64,000 nt of DNA from Eledone cirrhosa (taxonomy: Eukaryota): the NCBI GenBank assembly GCA_964016885.1, contig OZ024740.1:75764001-75828000 (forward strand), read 5' to 3'. This document shows positions 1 through 13,000 of this stretch, one piece after another. The notes below the pieces were generated by a model that ran no database searches, was not told the DNA's origin, and was given only the letters and a program-made list of their open reading frames with translations. Position numbers and translations under genes: made by a program. Every line of letters begins with the position of its first letter. The stretch's first letter is position 1.

Positions 1-2505
1 TGAGCGCTCTGCACCTTTTTATACAGCTGTCATCCTTCATATGCATCACATGCCCATACCAACGTTATCTCCTCTCCTGTACATAGCCTTTGATTCCTCT
101 TATGTCTAGTTTCTCTCTCAGTTTGTCTATGCTTTACCGTTGATGTATATTACTATTAAACATCCATCAGAGCATGCAAGCTTCATTTCTTTTCAATCTA
201 GTAAGTCTTCTGCACACAGCGCCCAGGTCTCACTACCATGCAACATTGCCGTTTGTATGCATCATACAGTCTGCCTTTCATTTTGAGGGAAAAGCCTTTT
301 GTAGCTAGCAGTGGTAGTAACTCCCTGAACTTATTCCATCCTGTTCTTTCTCTGGCTACTGTACTTTCAGAACACCCACATATGCTGCTAATTGGGTCAC
401 CCATGTAGCAGAAGCTGTCTACTATTTTTATTGAACCCTCCTAGAATTTGGTAGCGCTTGTTTCCTGTGGTCGTTTGCTACTTACTCTCCTGTTGCGGCT
501 GCTACATGTACAGCCTACATTCTTAACTAAACTTCCTGAGATCCCACTACATCTGTTGAGTACCCATAGTTTGTATTTAGGGCAGAGGATGGAATTTCTA
601 CCTACACCTCTCCTACATACTGAGCAAGGCCATTTCTCTGAGGGGATCTGGGTTCTGTTTTCTCTTGTACTTACTAGGACCTTAGTTTTTGTCAGGTTGA
701 CTTTAAGACCACTTATTTCTAGGCCCTGCTTCCATGTTTGGAATTTCTTCTCTAGTTCTACCATAGATTCAGTTATAAGTGTGAGATCATCCATGTATAG
801 AAGTTTACTAAGAAGAGATAATCTGTTGTACTTTTCCCAGGCACAAAACCAAACTACATCTCATCTAATTTGACTCTTTCCCTAATTAGTTGCGCTAATG
901 TTCTTTCTGCCACTTTCATAACCTGATTCATCAGTTTTATGCCCCTATAATTGCTCCTCTTCAGAGCATCCCCTTTACCTTTGTAGCAATTTATAAGAAT
1001 ACTGCTGCACCAGTCTTTGGGTATGACTGCACCATATATAGCTTGATTGACTATGTGTACAACCAATTTAGTTCCTACTTCTCCTGATGCCTTCAGCAAC
1101 TATCCTCAACGGTCCAGCGGCCTTACCACTTTTCATTTCCTTAATTGCCTCTTTGACCCTATAGTCGTTAACCTCAATAGCTGGTCCATCTGTTGGGGGT
1201 AGTTTCTCTCTCTCCCATTCATTCTCAACATTCATCAGTCTCTCATAATGACATTTCCAAGCCTGCTTTTTCTGAGCATCAGTGACACTAAGTGCACCAG
1301 CATCATTTTGGACACGCTTATCTCCAACAACAGCCTGATTTACACTGATACACTGCCTTGCAATGTGGAACACCTCACATCTCTCATCGCAGAACATTGG
1401 CAAACCTCCTACTCTCAGCTTCCCTGCATGTTAAGTATTACTGCCTCTCTTTTAGTAGCTGAGTATTGATTTCTACTCCCACCATTTTTCCAATACTTCC
1501 ATGCTTGTCTTTTGTCTTTAATGGCTTTATCTACCATGCTGTTCCACCACCAAGTCCCCTACCTTCTGTCTGGTTGGAGCTTTGCTCCAGCCACAAGTCT
1601 CTTCAGTAGCCTGCAGTAGGTTGTCACGTAAGAACTTCCAGTTATCTTCAATGTCATACAATTCTAATTCGTCTCCTTTTTCGTCATACACATCTTGAAG
1701 AGCTTTCCTAAATTTATATTTAAGTGAAAGGTCCTTTAGCTTCCAGACCTTCCTTTTCCATACCTTCTGTGTATCTCATTTTGTTTCTTGCTAATTGAGA
1801 TGTCACTAATCACTAACCTGTGTTGGTGGTACATTCTTCCCCAGGGTATGCCTTAGTATTCGAAACCATCTGTCTGTCTCGTTGCCTAACTAGCGAGAAG
1901 TCAATTTGACTTATGTGCTCACCTGATTGGTAGGTTATTAGGTGATTGGCAGGTTTCCTGAAGTTAATGTTGCAAATGGTTAGTTCACTTGCATCACAAA
2001 ATTCAAGAAGCCTCACTCCTTCGTTTCTTGAGCCCTAACCATAATGACAATGCACCCCAATGTATCCATTCTGGAGTTGTCCAACATGACCATTGAAGTC
2101 ACCTGCTAGTATGACTAGGTCTCTGTCCTCTGTCACTATGGTTGTCTCTAGAAGTTGCTCATAAAAGCAGTCCTTTTCTTCATTACCTAGGCCCACTTAG
2201 GGGGCATAGGTAGAGATAATTGTCAACAGTCTATTGCCTACAACTAATCTAATCTTAATTATTCTATTACTTACTCTAACTACCTCTATTGTCTTGTTAA
2301 TCCACTTTTCTGCCAGTAAAATGCCTACCTCACAAAACCCATCAACGTTTCCTACCCAGAAAAGCTTCAATTAGTCTTGCCTTCAATTAGTCTTGCTGAG
2401 GCACCTCTCTATCTCACCTCTTACATGCAGCACACATCCACTATCTCACCAGACCTACCTCTCAGAGTGGCAACATTAAGTGTGGCAACCCTGAGATGTG
2501 TCATC
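1..2505 (-). mobile_element. Degraded RTE-clade LINE (AP endonuclease + RT), runs off the window start
   Basis: Frameshifted ORF pieces (RLLEFCDA...[46 protein letters not shown]) are collinear with the 10091-13099 ORF. Confidence 0.9.
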
Positions 2506-2619
2506 TTTCATTAATTTTTTCCTTTTTCTCTGCAATGAAAAATGTTTAAAATCATTATCATCACTAGCAGAAAAACTGCCATCCAGGCGGTTTTCTGCTA
2601 GCATATGTTGTATGCATAT

Positions 2620-3075
2620 TCGTATTATATGGTTTTGCCTGTAAAATCTGTCCAACGGTTATTTACTGAGACATTATAACCACATGCCCATAGTATCGGA
2701 GTTGTGATCTCTCAATTCAGAGAACTAGTGGCTTTACCAGGAGTGACTCTCTGGTCTCTGAGCTATGCACTTTATCGAGTAACGTTACTCCAAAGACCCT
2801 TTGGAGGAACCCCATTTCTGCCGCTTTTATTTGCAATTGTATTCTTTTGGTCATTACCCAAGTTTCATAATCCTTGGCAAGAGTTGGCAGGAAGACAGTG
2901 AGTTAGGCTTTTACACCTACCCTCCTTCTTCTGATTGCTGAATACCGAGGCTGGCGCTTTACTGCATCAGCTTTTGCAATTCTTGCACTTAATTCACCCT
3001 CCTGCATTCCATCACTCATGAACACGGCCCCAAGATACTTGAACTTCTCTACCTGCTTCAGTAGAACTCCATTCA
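2620..3075 (-). mobile_element. Fragment of a separate RTE family (Rex3/Expander-like) RT C-terminus
   Basis: Minus strand reads VEKFKYLGAVFMSDG...ARIAKA and MGFL.RVFGVTLLD; homologous pieces at ~20010-20300 (-) and ~26085-26445 (+). Confidence 0.7.
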
Positions 3076-3119
3076 CATGTGAGTGTGTGTGTATAATGTA
3101 CTTTATATATATATATATA

Positions 3120-3527
3120 TGTAGGAAAATGGGAAACTCAGTGTAAAGAAGCTGTTAAAACAGCAAAATGCCGTCGAAGTGGCATTGGGTAAAGCATTAC
3201 TTCGAAGGATAGAAATTAGCAGCTAGCAGTGAGTTGGCATGAAGAATTGATAGGAAGAAAGGAATAAAATGGATGAGAGTAGATCACAAACTTTTAAATA
3301 CACTTATCAGCTTTCATACTGCCTACAATTTCAACGATCATCGAAACTGCAGGTGATCTGAAAGCTGATAAATGTATTTAAATGTATATGATCTCCTCTC
3401 ATCCATTTTATTCCTTTCTTCCTATCAATTCTTCATGCCAACTCACTTCTAGCTGCTGATTTCTATCCTTCACAGCATTTTGCTGTTTTAACAGCTTCCT
3501 TACACCCAGTTTTTCCATTTTCCTACA
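3120..3527. repeat. Imperfect fold-back with ~200-bp arms, probably an inverted Penelope pseudo-LTR remnant
   Basis: gtaggaaaatgg...atcagctttca is mirrored by tgaaagctgat...ccattttcctac; flanked by (TA)n. Confidence 0.8.
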
Positions 3528-3591
3528 AATTTTAATGCACTCGTGTCTCAAAACTCTATTTTGAGTTAATTTTGTTTATAATATATATATA

Positions 3592-3918
3592 TGCAAGTGG
3601 TTAGTGCATTGGCCTTGCAATCGAAAGGTTGTGAGTTCAATTCTCAGACCGGGTGATGTGTTGTTTCCTTGAGCAAGACACTTTATTTCACATTGCTCCA
3701 GTTACCTCAGCTGTAGAAATGAGATGATAGAGACTGGGGTCCCTATTATTCCACTGTAAAGTGGACGTGGAGATGCCACGGCAAAAAAGCACCCAGTATT
3801 CACTGTAAATGAGGTTGGTGTTAGGAAGGGCATCCAGCTGTAGAAATCAAACCAGAATCAGTTCCCGTCCCACCCTTGCAAGCAGGGAAAAGCGGACGTA
3901 AAATGATGATGATGATGA
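3592..3918 (+). mobile_element. tRNA-derived SINE with RTE-derived 3' tail
   Basis: B box GAGTTCAATTC, CORE-like CCTTGAGCAAGACACTT, tail matching the RTE 3' UTR, (GAT)n end; near-identical to 55737-56083. Confidence 0.85.
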
Positions 3919-4119
3919 TATACATATACAGTTAATACAAAGCATTGTGAGATATGTAATAAATGAGCAATATGTTAAAAAAAAACTGGTACAATATAAT
4001 AGAAATATATAAAGGGCAAAGAATGACAAATAAAACTAAACATAGTAATGTTTTACCCAGTATATTTCATCATGATATTTCTGGACTAATACCCCTCTTT
4101 TCAAATGTGAAACAGAAAT

Positions 4120-6070
4120 TGTTCAGAAACTCAATAAGTTGATCACATTGCGAGGGCCGAATAAGACTGTGAGAGTTCCAGAAGTTCCAAAGTGTTTCTC
4201 TGACACAGGATTCCATCAGTTTGGAAATGCTGGATGATAGTTCACTGGTGATGTGCGGTCACCCTTTTTGAACAGAGGAATGACGCTGGCAGTTTTCCAC
4301 TGTTCTGGAGTAGCACCATTGTTCAGACATTGGAAGAAGCGTGATAGCTGGTGCAGAAGGATGTACCCACCACGTTTGAGAAGCAGGTGCGTAACACCAT
4401 CAACACCAGGAGAGGCATAGTTGCGTTTATTTTGAAGGTGACGTTGCAGCATTGCAGGTTTAAATTCCATAGTTGTAATAGAATCTGATGTCAGAGGAGG
4501 TGGAGATATTACACTCTGGTCTTCAATAGTGAAAATGCCTGCATAGCATTCAGCAATGAGTTCTGCGCATTCCTTGGGGTCGTCAGTAACCTGGCTTGTG
4601 TGGGGATTACGAAAAGGACCAACTGGAGAGTGAGGCTTCTGCTTTGAGTGAACATATTTCCAGAACACCTTACTGCCAGGGTTGGTTGCTATGTGCTGCT
4701 CAAATTCAAGCACTGCCTTTTTTGTCACATGTTTGAGATGGTTGGATGATTTATTTCGCTTTTTCCTATTAATATCTGATTTATGCAGTTTGTACTCGTG
4801 TTCAGCATTACGACATTCTTTCCTGGCAAGACGGACTGCTGCAGTCTTCCAAATTGCACTTTTGGGATGTTTTTTGTGCTTATGTGGCACCAATGCTGTA
4901 CATGCTGTCCATATTGAGTTCAGGATCTTCTGGAGTACAGTGTTGACATCTCCAGAGTCGTAAAACTCAAGCCAGTTTGGACGTTGCAGCTCGGTGCAGT
5001 AACAGTTCCAGTCTGCTTTATTCCAATCAAAGTGAGCAGTTTGGAGATGGTTGTGGTTTTTGTTACTGCCCATGAGGAACAGATTGGCAATGATCATAGC
5101 ATGATCAGAGTCACCTAAAGGTTCCTCAGTAGTAACACTAATAACCGTTTCAGGAGTAGTGGTGAAGAGTAGATCCAAAGTGTTGTCACCTCTTGTTGGG
5201 GAGGTGACTATTTGGGACCAGTTCGAGTCCAGCACTAGCTCAAGGAAATCATTTTCACTTTGCGGCCAACGAAAGGTTTCCCAGTCAATCTCAGGGTGAT
5301 TGAAGTCCCCTGCAATAAAAACATAAGTGGCTGTTTTCCTAGCAGCATCTCTGAGGATATCACAAAGTTGAGTGTCCTGATGGTAATTTGGGAGACGGTA
5401 AATGACTCCAAGTAGCAGTGTTGACATGGTCATACGTATATCACAGAAAAATACTTCTTGCTGCAATTGGTTCAAATCAACACAAGGAATTCCTGAAAAA
5501 TGTGACTGAATCTAGACCATTACACCACCACCACAGCGATTAATGCAGTCTTTACGAAACATGTTGTAGCCAGTTATGCTGAAAACCCCATCACAGAGTA
5601 AGGAATGTGCCCATGTTTCCATGACTGTAATGAAGTCAGGGTTGATACTTTTGACGTAGTAGTCAAAAAGATGTATCTTATTGCATAGACTACGTGTATT
5701 TAAGGACAACAATTTGTACCTTGATTCCAGTCTATGATTATGTGCAGGGGATGACAGGTTGTTCTGATTTAGCTTCCCAGAGTTTTTCAGTTTTTTTTAT
5801 TGTCAGTTGTTGTGGGTAGTGTTTTCAGACCACCTGGTATCTCTTTTCCATGTTTCACCAGCGTTAATAAACTTCCAAATCTGCCCATCACCACATAGGC
5901 TGAAGCTTTCACGTTCTGCCGAGTTGCGGTTTAAGGAAGCTGCAGCATGCAGCTTTGGGTGGACATCAAGCGGAAGACCAGGGCATGTTCAGAAGGCAAT
6001 CTGACTTTCACGCCTAGCTTTATCAGAGGCCAAAAGATATGAACATGCCTCAGTTGAGTTTGAAAAAGAC
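4120..6070 (-). mobile_element. CR1/L2-group LINE relic: ORF1 tail, AP endonuclease and start of RT, frameshifted and 3'-deleted
   Basis: ORFs 5512-5712 and 4216-5475 carry SLNTRSL, ETW, GVIYRLP, AGDFNHPEIDW, PTRGDNTLDL, LGDSDH, SPGVDG, WKTASVIPLFKKGDR..PVNY. Confidence 0.85.
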
Positions 6071-6339
6071 AGTCTAATTAGCCTGGGTGTCACGACAAAA
6101 ATAAAAACACACAGTCCACGCTGTAATGTGACTGTGTAGGTAACAAGGTAAAAACCTCCCAGTCCACACTGTAAACGTGGTTGGTGTTAGGAAGGGCATC
6201 CAGCCATAGAAAACCTGCCAGACAGTCCTATATGAGCAAGACAACCAATCTTGCCTCAAGTGGGACAATTCCCATCTAAACCCATGCTAGCGTGGAAGAT
6301 AGACATTAAACGATGATGATGATGATGATATATATATAT

Positions 6340-8638
6340 CATCATCATCCTTTTGCGTCCGTTCTTCCATGCTAGCATGGGTTAGACGGGTTGTCCTGTT
6401 GTGGGCAGTGTCCAGTCGGTTGATCTTGTCTTGCTCATACAGGAACTGATTCTGGCTTGATTTCTACAGCTGGATGCCCTACCTAACACCAACCTATTTA
6501 CAGTGAGTGCTGGGTGCTTTTTTCTGTGGTGCCTACACGTCCACTTTACAGTGGGAGGGTGTGGGGGCATAATGGCCATATGTTTCAGCTTCGGCTTGTT
6601 CCTATGGGGGAGTCGGGTCTTCTGTATTACTGCGTGACGCCAGTGGTCACGGTCATGTGTCATTGCTCTTGAGAGGTGCAATTGGGTAAGGTTGGCCTTT
6701 ATCAGCTCATCCCAGGTCTTTTTGGGTCTCCCCACTCTGCGGCTTCCATTGACTTCTAGTGTTCTGCACCTTTTTATGCAGCTGTCATCCTTCATACACA
6801 TCACATGTCCATACCAACGCAACCGCCTCACCTGCATACAGCATTTGATTCCTCTGATGCACAGTCTCTCTCAATTCGTTTATACTTTGCCGTTCACGTA
6901 TATTACTATTACACATCCATCGGAGCATGCAGGCTTCGTTTCTTTCTAATCTGCGCAAGTCTTCTACAGACAGCGCCCAGGTTTCACTTCCATGTAACAC
7001 GCATCATACAGTCTGCCTTTCATTTTGAAGGAAAAGCCTTTTGCAGCTAGCAGTGGCAGTAGTTCCCTGAACTTCTTCCATCCCGTTCTTACCCTAGTTA
7101 TTGTACTTTCCGAACACCCACCTCCGCTACTAATTTGGTCACCTAGGTAGCAGAAGCTGTCTACTGTTTCTACAGAGCCCTCCCAGAGTTTGGTGGTGCT
7201 TGTTTCCTGTGGTCGTTTGCTGCTTGCTGTCCCAGCACAGTTGCTACATGTGAAGCCTACATTCTTAGTTAAACTTCCTGAGATCCCACTACATCTCTTG
7301 TGTATCCATTGTTTGCATTGGGGAAGAGGATGGAGTTCCTACCTACATTTTTCCTACATATTGAGCAAAGCCATTTCCCTGAGGGAATCTGGGTTCTGTT
7401 TTCTTGTATACTTACAAGAACCTTAAACTTTGTCAGCTTGACTTTGAGACCCTTTCTTTCTAGTCCCTGCTTCCATGTTTGAAATTTCTTCTCTAATTCC
7501 ACCATGGATTCAGCTATAAGTGCGAGATCATCCGCATACAGGAGTTCCCATGGGCATCCGGTCTTAAACTCCTCCGTTGTTGCCTGCAGGACTATGATGA
7601 ACAGGAGAGGGCTAAGAACAGAGCCCTGGTGGACACCGACCTGTACGCTAAATTCCTCGCTATACTCATTGCTAATCCTAACTTTGCTGACTACTCCCCT
7701 ATACATGGCTTGTACAGCTTTCACAAGCCATTCATCTACTCCTAGTTTTCTAAGAGCCCACCAGATTATAGCACGAGGAACTCTGTCAAAGGCTTTCTCG
7801 AGATCGACGAATGCCAGGTAGAGTGGCTTACTTTTAGCTAGATACTTTTCCTGTAACTGCCTCACAAGGAAGAGGGCATCAGTGGTGCCTCTTCCTGGTA
7901 CAAACCCAAATTGCATCTCATCTAGTTTCACCCGGTCCCTAATCAACTGTGCTATAACTCTTTCTGTTACTTTCATGACCTGGTCCATCAGCTTTATACC
8001 TCTATAGTTTCCTCTATCTAGTGCATCATCTTTACCCTTGTAGCAGTTGACAATGATGCTGCTGTACCAATCCTTTGGTATGACACTCTCTAATATTACC
8101 TGGTTAACAATACGTGTGGTTATGGTGTGACCTACCGACCCAGATGCCTTCAGAATCTCGGCAGCTATACTCGATGGACCGGTTGCCTTCCTGTCTTCAT
8201 ATCTTTGATTGCCTTATTTACTACGCTGCTGCTGACTTGTACTGCTGGCCCCTCTATAGGGTCCACTTGGCGTAGGGTCTCTTTTTCCCATGCATTCTCC
8301 TCATTTAGTAATCTTTCATAATGGCTCTTCCACGCATCTTTCTTCTTGGCACTTGTGAGGGCAAGCTCACCTTTATCATTCCGGATACACTTCTCTCCAA
8401 TGACATCACAACTATCTCTGACACACTGCCTCGCAATCTTGAACACCTGTTTCTGGTCCTCACGTTGCAAAACATGCTTGAATTTTCTATCCTCTGCTTC
8501 CCTTCTAGCTAAGTATACTTGTCGCCTAGCTTCCCTCCTGGTCTCTATATGATGTACCCTGCTACCCCCGTTCTTCCATTCTTTCCATGCCTGTCTCTTA
8601 GTCTTAACTGCCTCATCTACCTTATTGTTCCACCACCA
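6340..8638 (-). mobile_element. 5'-truncated, frameshifted RTE LINE, subfamily A
   Basis: ORFs 8165-8656, 7269-7988 ([27 protein letters not shown]) and 6382-6837; (CAT)n tail at ~6340. Confidence 0.92.
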
Positions 8639-8835
8639 TATATATATATAAAACATTTTAAAAATTACGAAATTGAAATTAAAGACTTATCTGTATGCTG
8701 TCATAATTCAAGTGAGTGATCATTTATAAAAAACCCTGTTTTTCAGGTCTCAGCATTTACAAACATTTAAAACTCATCTTTTCCAAACCCTACCTGAACA
8801 TATATATACACATATATGTACATATATATATTCAT

Positions 8836-10010
8836 ATCATCATCATCATCACCGTTTTACGTCCGTTCTTCCATGTTAGCATGGGTTAGACGGGTTGTCC
8901 TGTTGTGGGCAGTGTCTGGTCAGCTGACCATGCCTTGCTCATACAGGAACTGATTTTGGCTTGATTTCTACAGCTGGATGCCCTTCCTAACACCAACCCC
9001 ATTTACAGTGAGTGCTGGGTGCTTTTTTCCGTGGCGCCTATTCATCCACTTTACAGTGTGGGCTGGGTGCTTTTTTGCTGTGGCACCTCCACGACCACCT
9101 TGCAGTGGGCGGGTGTGGGGGCATATTTTCTATATGCTTCAGCTTGTACCCATGGGAGGTCGGGTACTCTGTATTATTGCGTGAGAGGTGTAATTGGGTA
9201 AGGTCCGCTTTTATCACCTCATCCCAGGTCTTCTTGGGTCTCCCCACTCCGCGGTTTCGATTGACTTCTAGTGCTCTGCACCTTTTTATGCAGCTGTCAT
9301 CCTTCATACGCATCACATGTCCATACCAACGCAACCGCCTCTCCTGCACACAGCATTTGATTCCTCTTATGCTCAGTCTCTCTCTCAATTCATATATGCT
9401 TTGTCGTTCGCGTATTTTACTATTACACATCCATCGGCGCATGCAGGCTTCGTTTCTTTCTAATCAACGCAAGTCTTCCACCTTCAGCGCCCAGGTCTCA
9501 CTACCATGTAACCTTGCTGTTCGGATACACGCATCATACAGTCTGCCTTTCATTTTGAGGGAGAAGCCTTTTGCAGCTAGCAGTGGCAGTAGTTCCCTGA
9601 ACTTCTTCCATCCCGTTCTTACCCTAGTTATTGTACTTTCTGAACACCCACCTCCGCTGCTAATTCGGTCACCTAGGTAGCAGAAGCTGTCTACTGTTTC
9701 TACAGAGCCCTCCCAGAGATTGGTGGTACTTGTTTCCTGTGGCTGTTTGCTGCTTGCTGTCCCAACACAGCTGCTACATGTGAAGCCTACATTCTTAATT
9801 AAGTTTCCTGAGATCCCGCTACATCTCTTGTGTACCCATTGTTTGCATTTGGGGCAGAGAATGGAGTTCCTACTTACACCTTTCCTACATACTGAGCAAG
9901 GCCATTTCCCTGAGGAGATCTGGGTTCTGTTTTCTCGTCTACTTACAAGGACCTTAGTCTTTATCATGTTGACTTTGAGACTCTTTCTTTATAGTCCCTG
10001 CTTCCAAGTT
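8836..10010 (-). mobile_element. 5'-truncated RTE LINE, subfamily A
   Basis: ORFs 9464-9967 and 9038-9442 match the C-terminus of the 10091 ORF; 3' UTR and (CAT)n tail present. Confidence 0.92.
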
Positions 10011-10074
10011 TATATACACATATACATATATATGTATACATATACAAACACATATACACATATATAGATATACA

Positions 10075-13000
10075 CATCAATGTAGGCTCAATGAAAGGAA
10101 GAGCAGGAGAAATCGTAGAAATGCTAGAGCGAAAGGAAGTTGATGTATGCTGTGTGCAAGAGACTAGATGGAGAGGAGGGTCTGCTAGAGTCCTTGTAGG
10201 AAAAAGCCAGTGCTACAAATTTTTCTGGGTGGGAAACGACGATGGGATGGGTGGTGTAGGTATACTATTAGCTGACAAGTGGGTAGATAAAGTAATCTCA
10301 GTGTACAGGGTAAATGCAAGAATCATTAAACTCAGACTAGTCCTGAATAAGACAATTACCACAATAATATCAGCTTACGCACCCCAATCGGGGCTGCCAG
10401 ACGAACTTAAGGATAGGTTTTACGAGTCCCTAATACACACTACTGCTCTAACAGACGACAAGGACTTCCTAATCATTGCAGGAGATTTTAACGGACACGT
10501 AGGTAAACACTGCGACGGCTTCAATAGAGTACATGGAGGCCATGGAGTTGGCACAAGGAATGAGGAAGGATTCAGACTTCTAGAATTCTGCGACGCCAAT
10601 GACATGTCGATATGTAACACAAACTTTAAAAAACCCGACAACCACCTGATCACCTATAGATCAGGGGAGCACTCTAGTCAGTTAGATTTTATTCTCATCA
10701 GAGGACGTGACAGATGGACGGTCGTAAACACAAAAGCCTTCCCTAGTGAGGAATGTACATCCCAACATAGCTTAGTTGTCAGCGACCTCACGGTCAGAAC
10801 TAGACGAGCCCTGAAACAGAGGCCAACCTGGAGAAGAAAGATCTGGAAGCTGAAAGTCCCCTCAACCAGTAACAGATTTAAAGATATTTTACTCAACGCC
10901 TACGACAGTAAAGAAGAACAGATAGAGACATTTAACGTAGAAGAGAACTGGGAGTTCCTAAAAAATAACTTACTAGAGGCGACGGATGAGGTTTGTGGCT
11001 GGAGTAAGACCTCAAGCAGGAGGAGAGTGACTTGGTGGTGGAACAATAAAGTAGATGAAGCAGTCAAGGCCAAGAGACAGGCATGGAAAGAATGGAAGAA
11101 CGGGGGGAGCAGGGTACATTACATAGAGACCAAGAGGGAAGCTAGGCGACAAGTATACTTAGCTAGGAGGGAAGCAGAGGATAGAAAATTCAAGCATGTT
11201 TTACAACGTGAGGACCAGAAACAGGAGGTATTCAAGATTGCGAGGCAGTGTGTCAGAGATAGTTGTGATGTCATTGGAGAGAAGTGTATCCGGAATGATA
11301 AAGGTGAGCTTGCCCTCACAAGTGCTGAGAAGAAAGATGCATGGAAGAGTCATTATGATAGATTACTAAATGAGGAGAATGCATGGGAAGAAGAGACCCT
11401 ACCCCACGTAGACCCTATAGAGGGACCAGCAGTACAAGTCAGCGGCAGCGTAGTAAGTAAGGCAATCAGAGATATGAAGATAGGGAAGGCAACCGGTCCA
11501 TCGGGTATAGCTGCCGAGATGCTGAAGGCATCTGGGTCTGTAGGTCACACTATAACCACACGTATCGTTAACCAGGTAATACTAGAGGGGGCCATACCAA
11601 AAGATTGGTGCAGTAGCATCATTGTCAACTGCTACAAAGGTAAAGGCGATGCACTAGATAGAGGAAACTATAGAGGTATAAAGTTGATGGACCAGGTCAT
11701 GAAAGTAACAGAAAGAGTTATAGCACAGCTGATTAGGGACCGGGTGAATATAGACGAGATGCAATTTGGGTTTGTTCCAGGGAAAGGCACCACTGATGCG
11801 CTCTTCCTTGTGAGGCAATTACAGGAAAAGTACCTAGCTAAAAGTAAGCCACTCTACTTGGCATTTGTCGACCTTGAGAAAGCCTTTGACAGAGTTCCAC
11901 GTGCAGTAATCTGGTGGGCTCTTAGAAAACTAGGAGTAGATGAATGGCTTGTGAAAGCGGTACAAGCCATGTATAGGGGAGCAGTCAGCAAAGTTAGGAT
12001 TGGCAATGAGTATAGCGAGGAATTTAGCGTACAGGTTGGGGTCCACCAGGGCTCTGTTCTTAGCCCTCTCCTGTTCATCATAGTCCTGCAGGCAATAACG
12101 GAGGAGTTTAAGACCGGATGCCCATGGGAACTCCTGTATGCTGATGACCTCGCACTCATAGCTGAATCTATGGTAGAACTAGAGAATAAATTCCAAACCT
12201 GGAAGCAGGGACTAGAGAGAAAGGGGCTCAAAGTCAACATGACAAAGACTAAGGTCCTTATAAGTAGACGAGAAAACAGAACCCAGATCCCCTCAGGGAA
12301 ATGGCCTTGCTCAGTATGTAGGAAAGGTGTAGGTAGGAACTCCATTCTTTGCCCCAAATGCAAACAATGGGTACACAAGAGATGTAGCGGGATCTCAGGA
12401 AGCTTAATTAAGAATGTAGGATTCACATGCAGCAGCTGTGCTGAAACAGCAAGCAAACAGCCACAGGAAACAAGTACCACCAATCTCTGGGAGGGCCCTG
12501 TAGAAACAGTAGACAGCTTCTGCTACCTAGGTGACCGAATTAGCAACGGAGGTGGGTGCTCAGAAAGTACAATAACTAGGGTAAGAACGGGATGGAAGAA
12601 GTTTAGGGAACTACTACCACTGCTAGCTGCAAAAGGCTTCTCCCTCAGAATGAAAGGCAGACTGTATGATGCGTGTATCCGAACAGCGATGTTGCATGGT
12701 AGTGAGACCTGGGCGCTGAAGGTGGAAGACTTACGTAGATTAGAGAGAAACGAAGCCTGCATGCTCCGATGGATGTGTAACAGTAATATACGTGAACGAC
12801 AAAGCATAAATGAATTGAGAGAGAGACTGAGCATAAGAGGAATCAAATGCTGCGTGCAGGAGAGGCGGTTACGCTGGTATGGACATGTGATGCGTATGAA
12901 GGATGACAGCTGCATAAAAAGGTGCAGAGCACTAGAAGTTGATGGAAACCGCGGAGTGGGGAGACCCAAGATGACTTGGGATGAGGTGATAAAAGCCGAC

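Noticed and set aside
11854-12969. Antisense ORFs over RTE copies (MVVLVSCG.., [10 protein letters not shown]..)
   Set aside because: Shadow frames of the RT ORF, recurring only because the element is repeated
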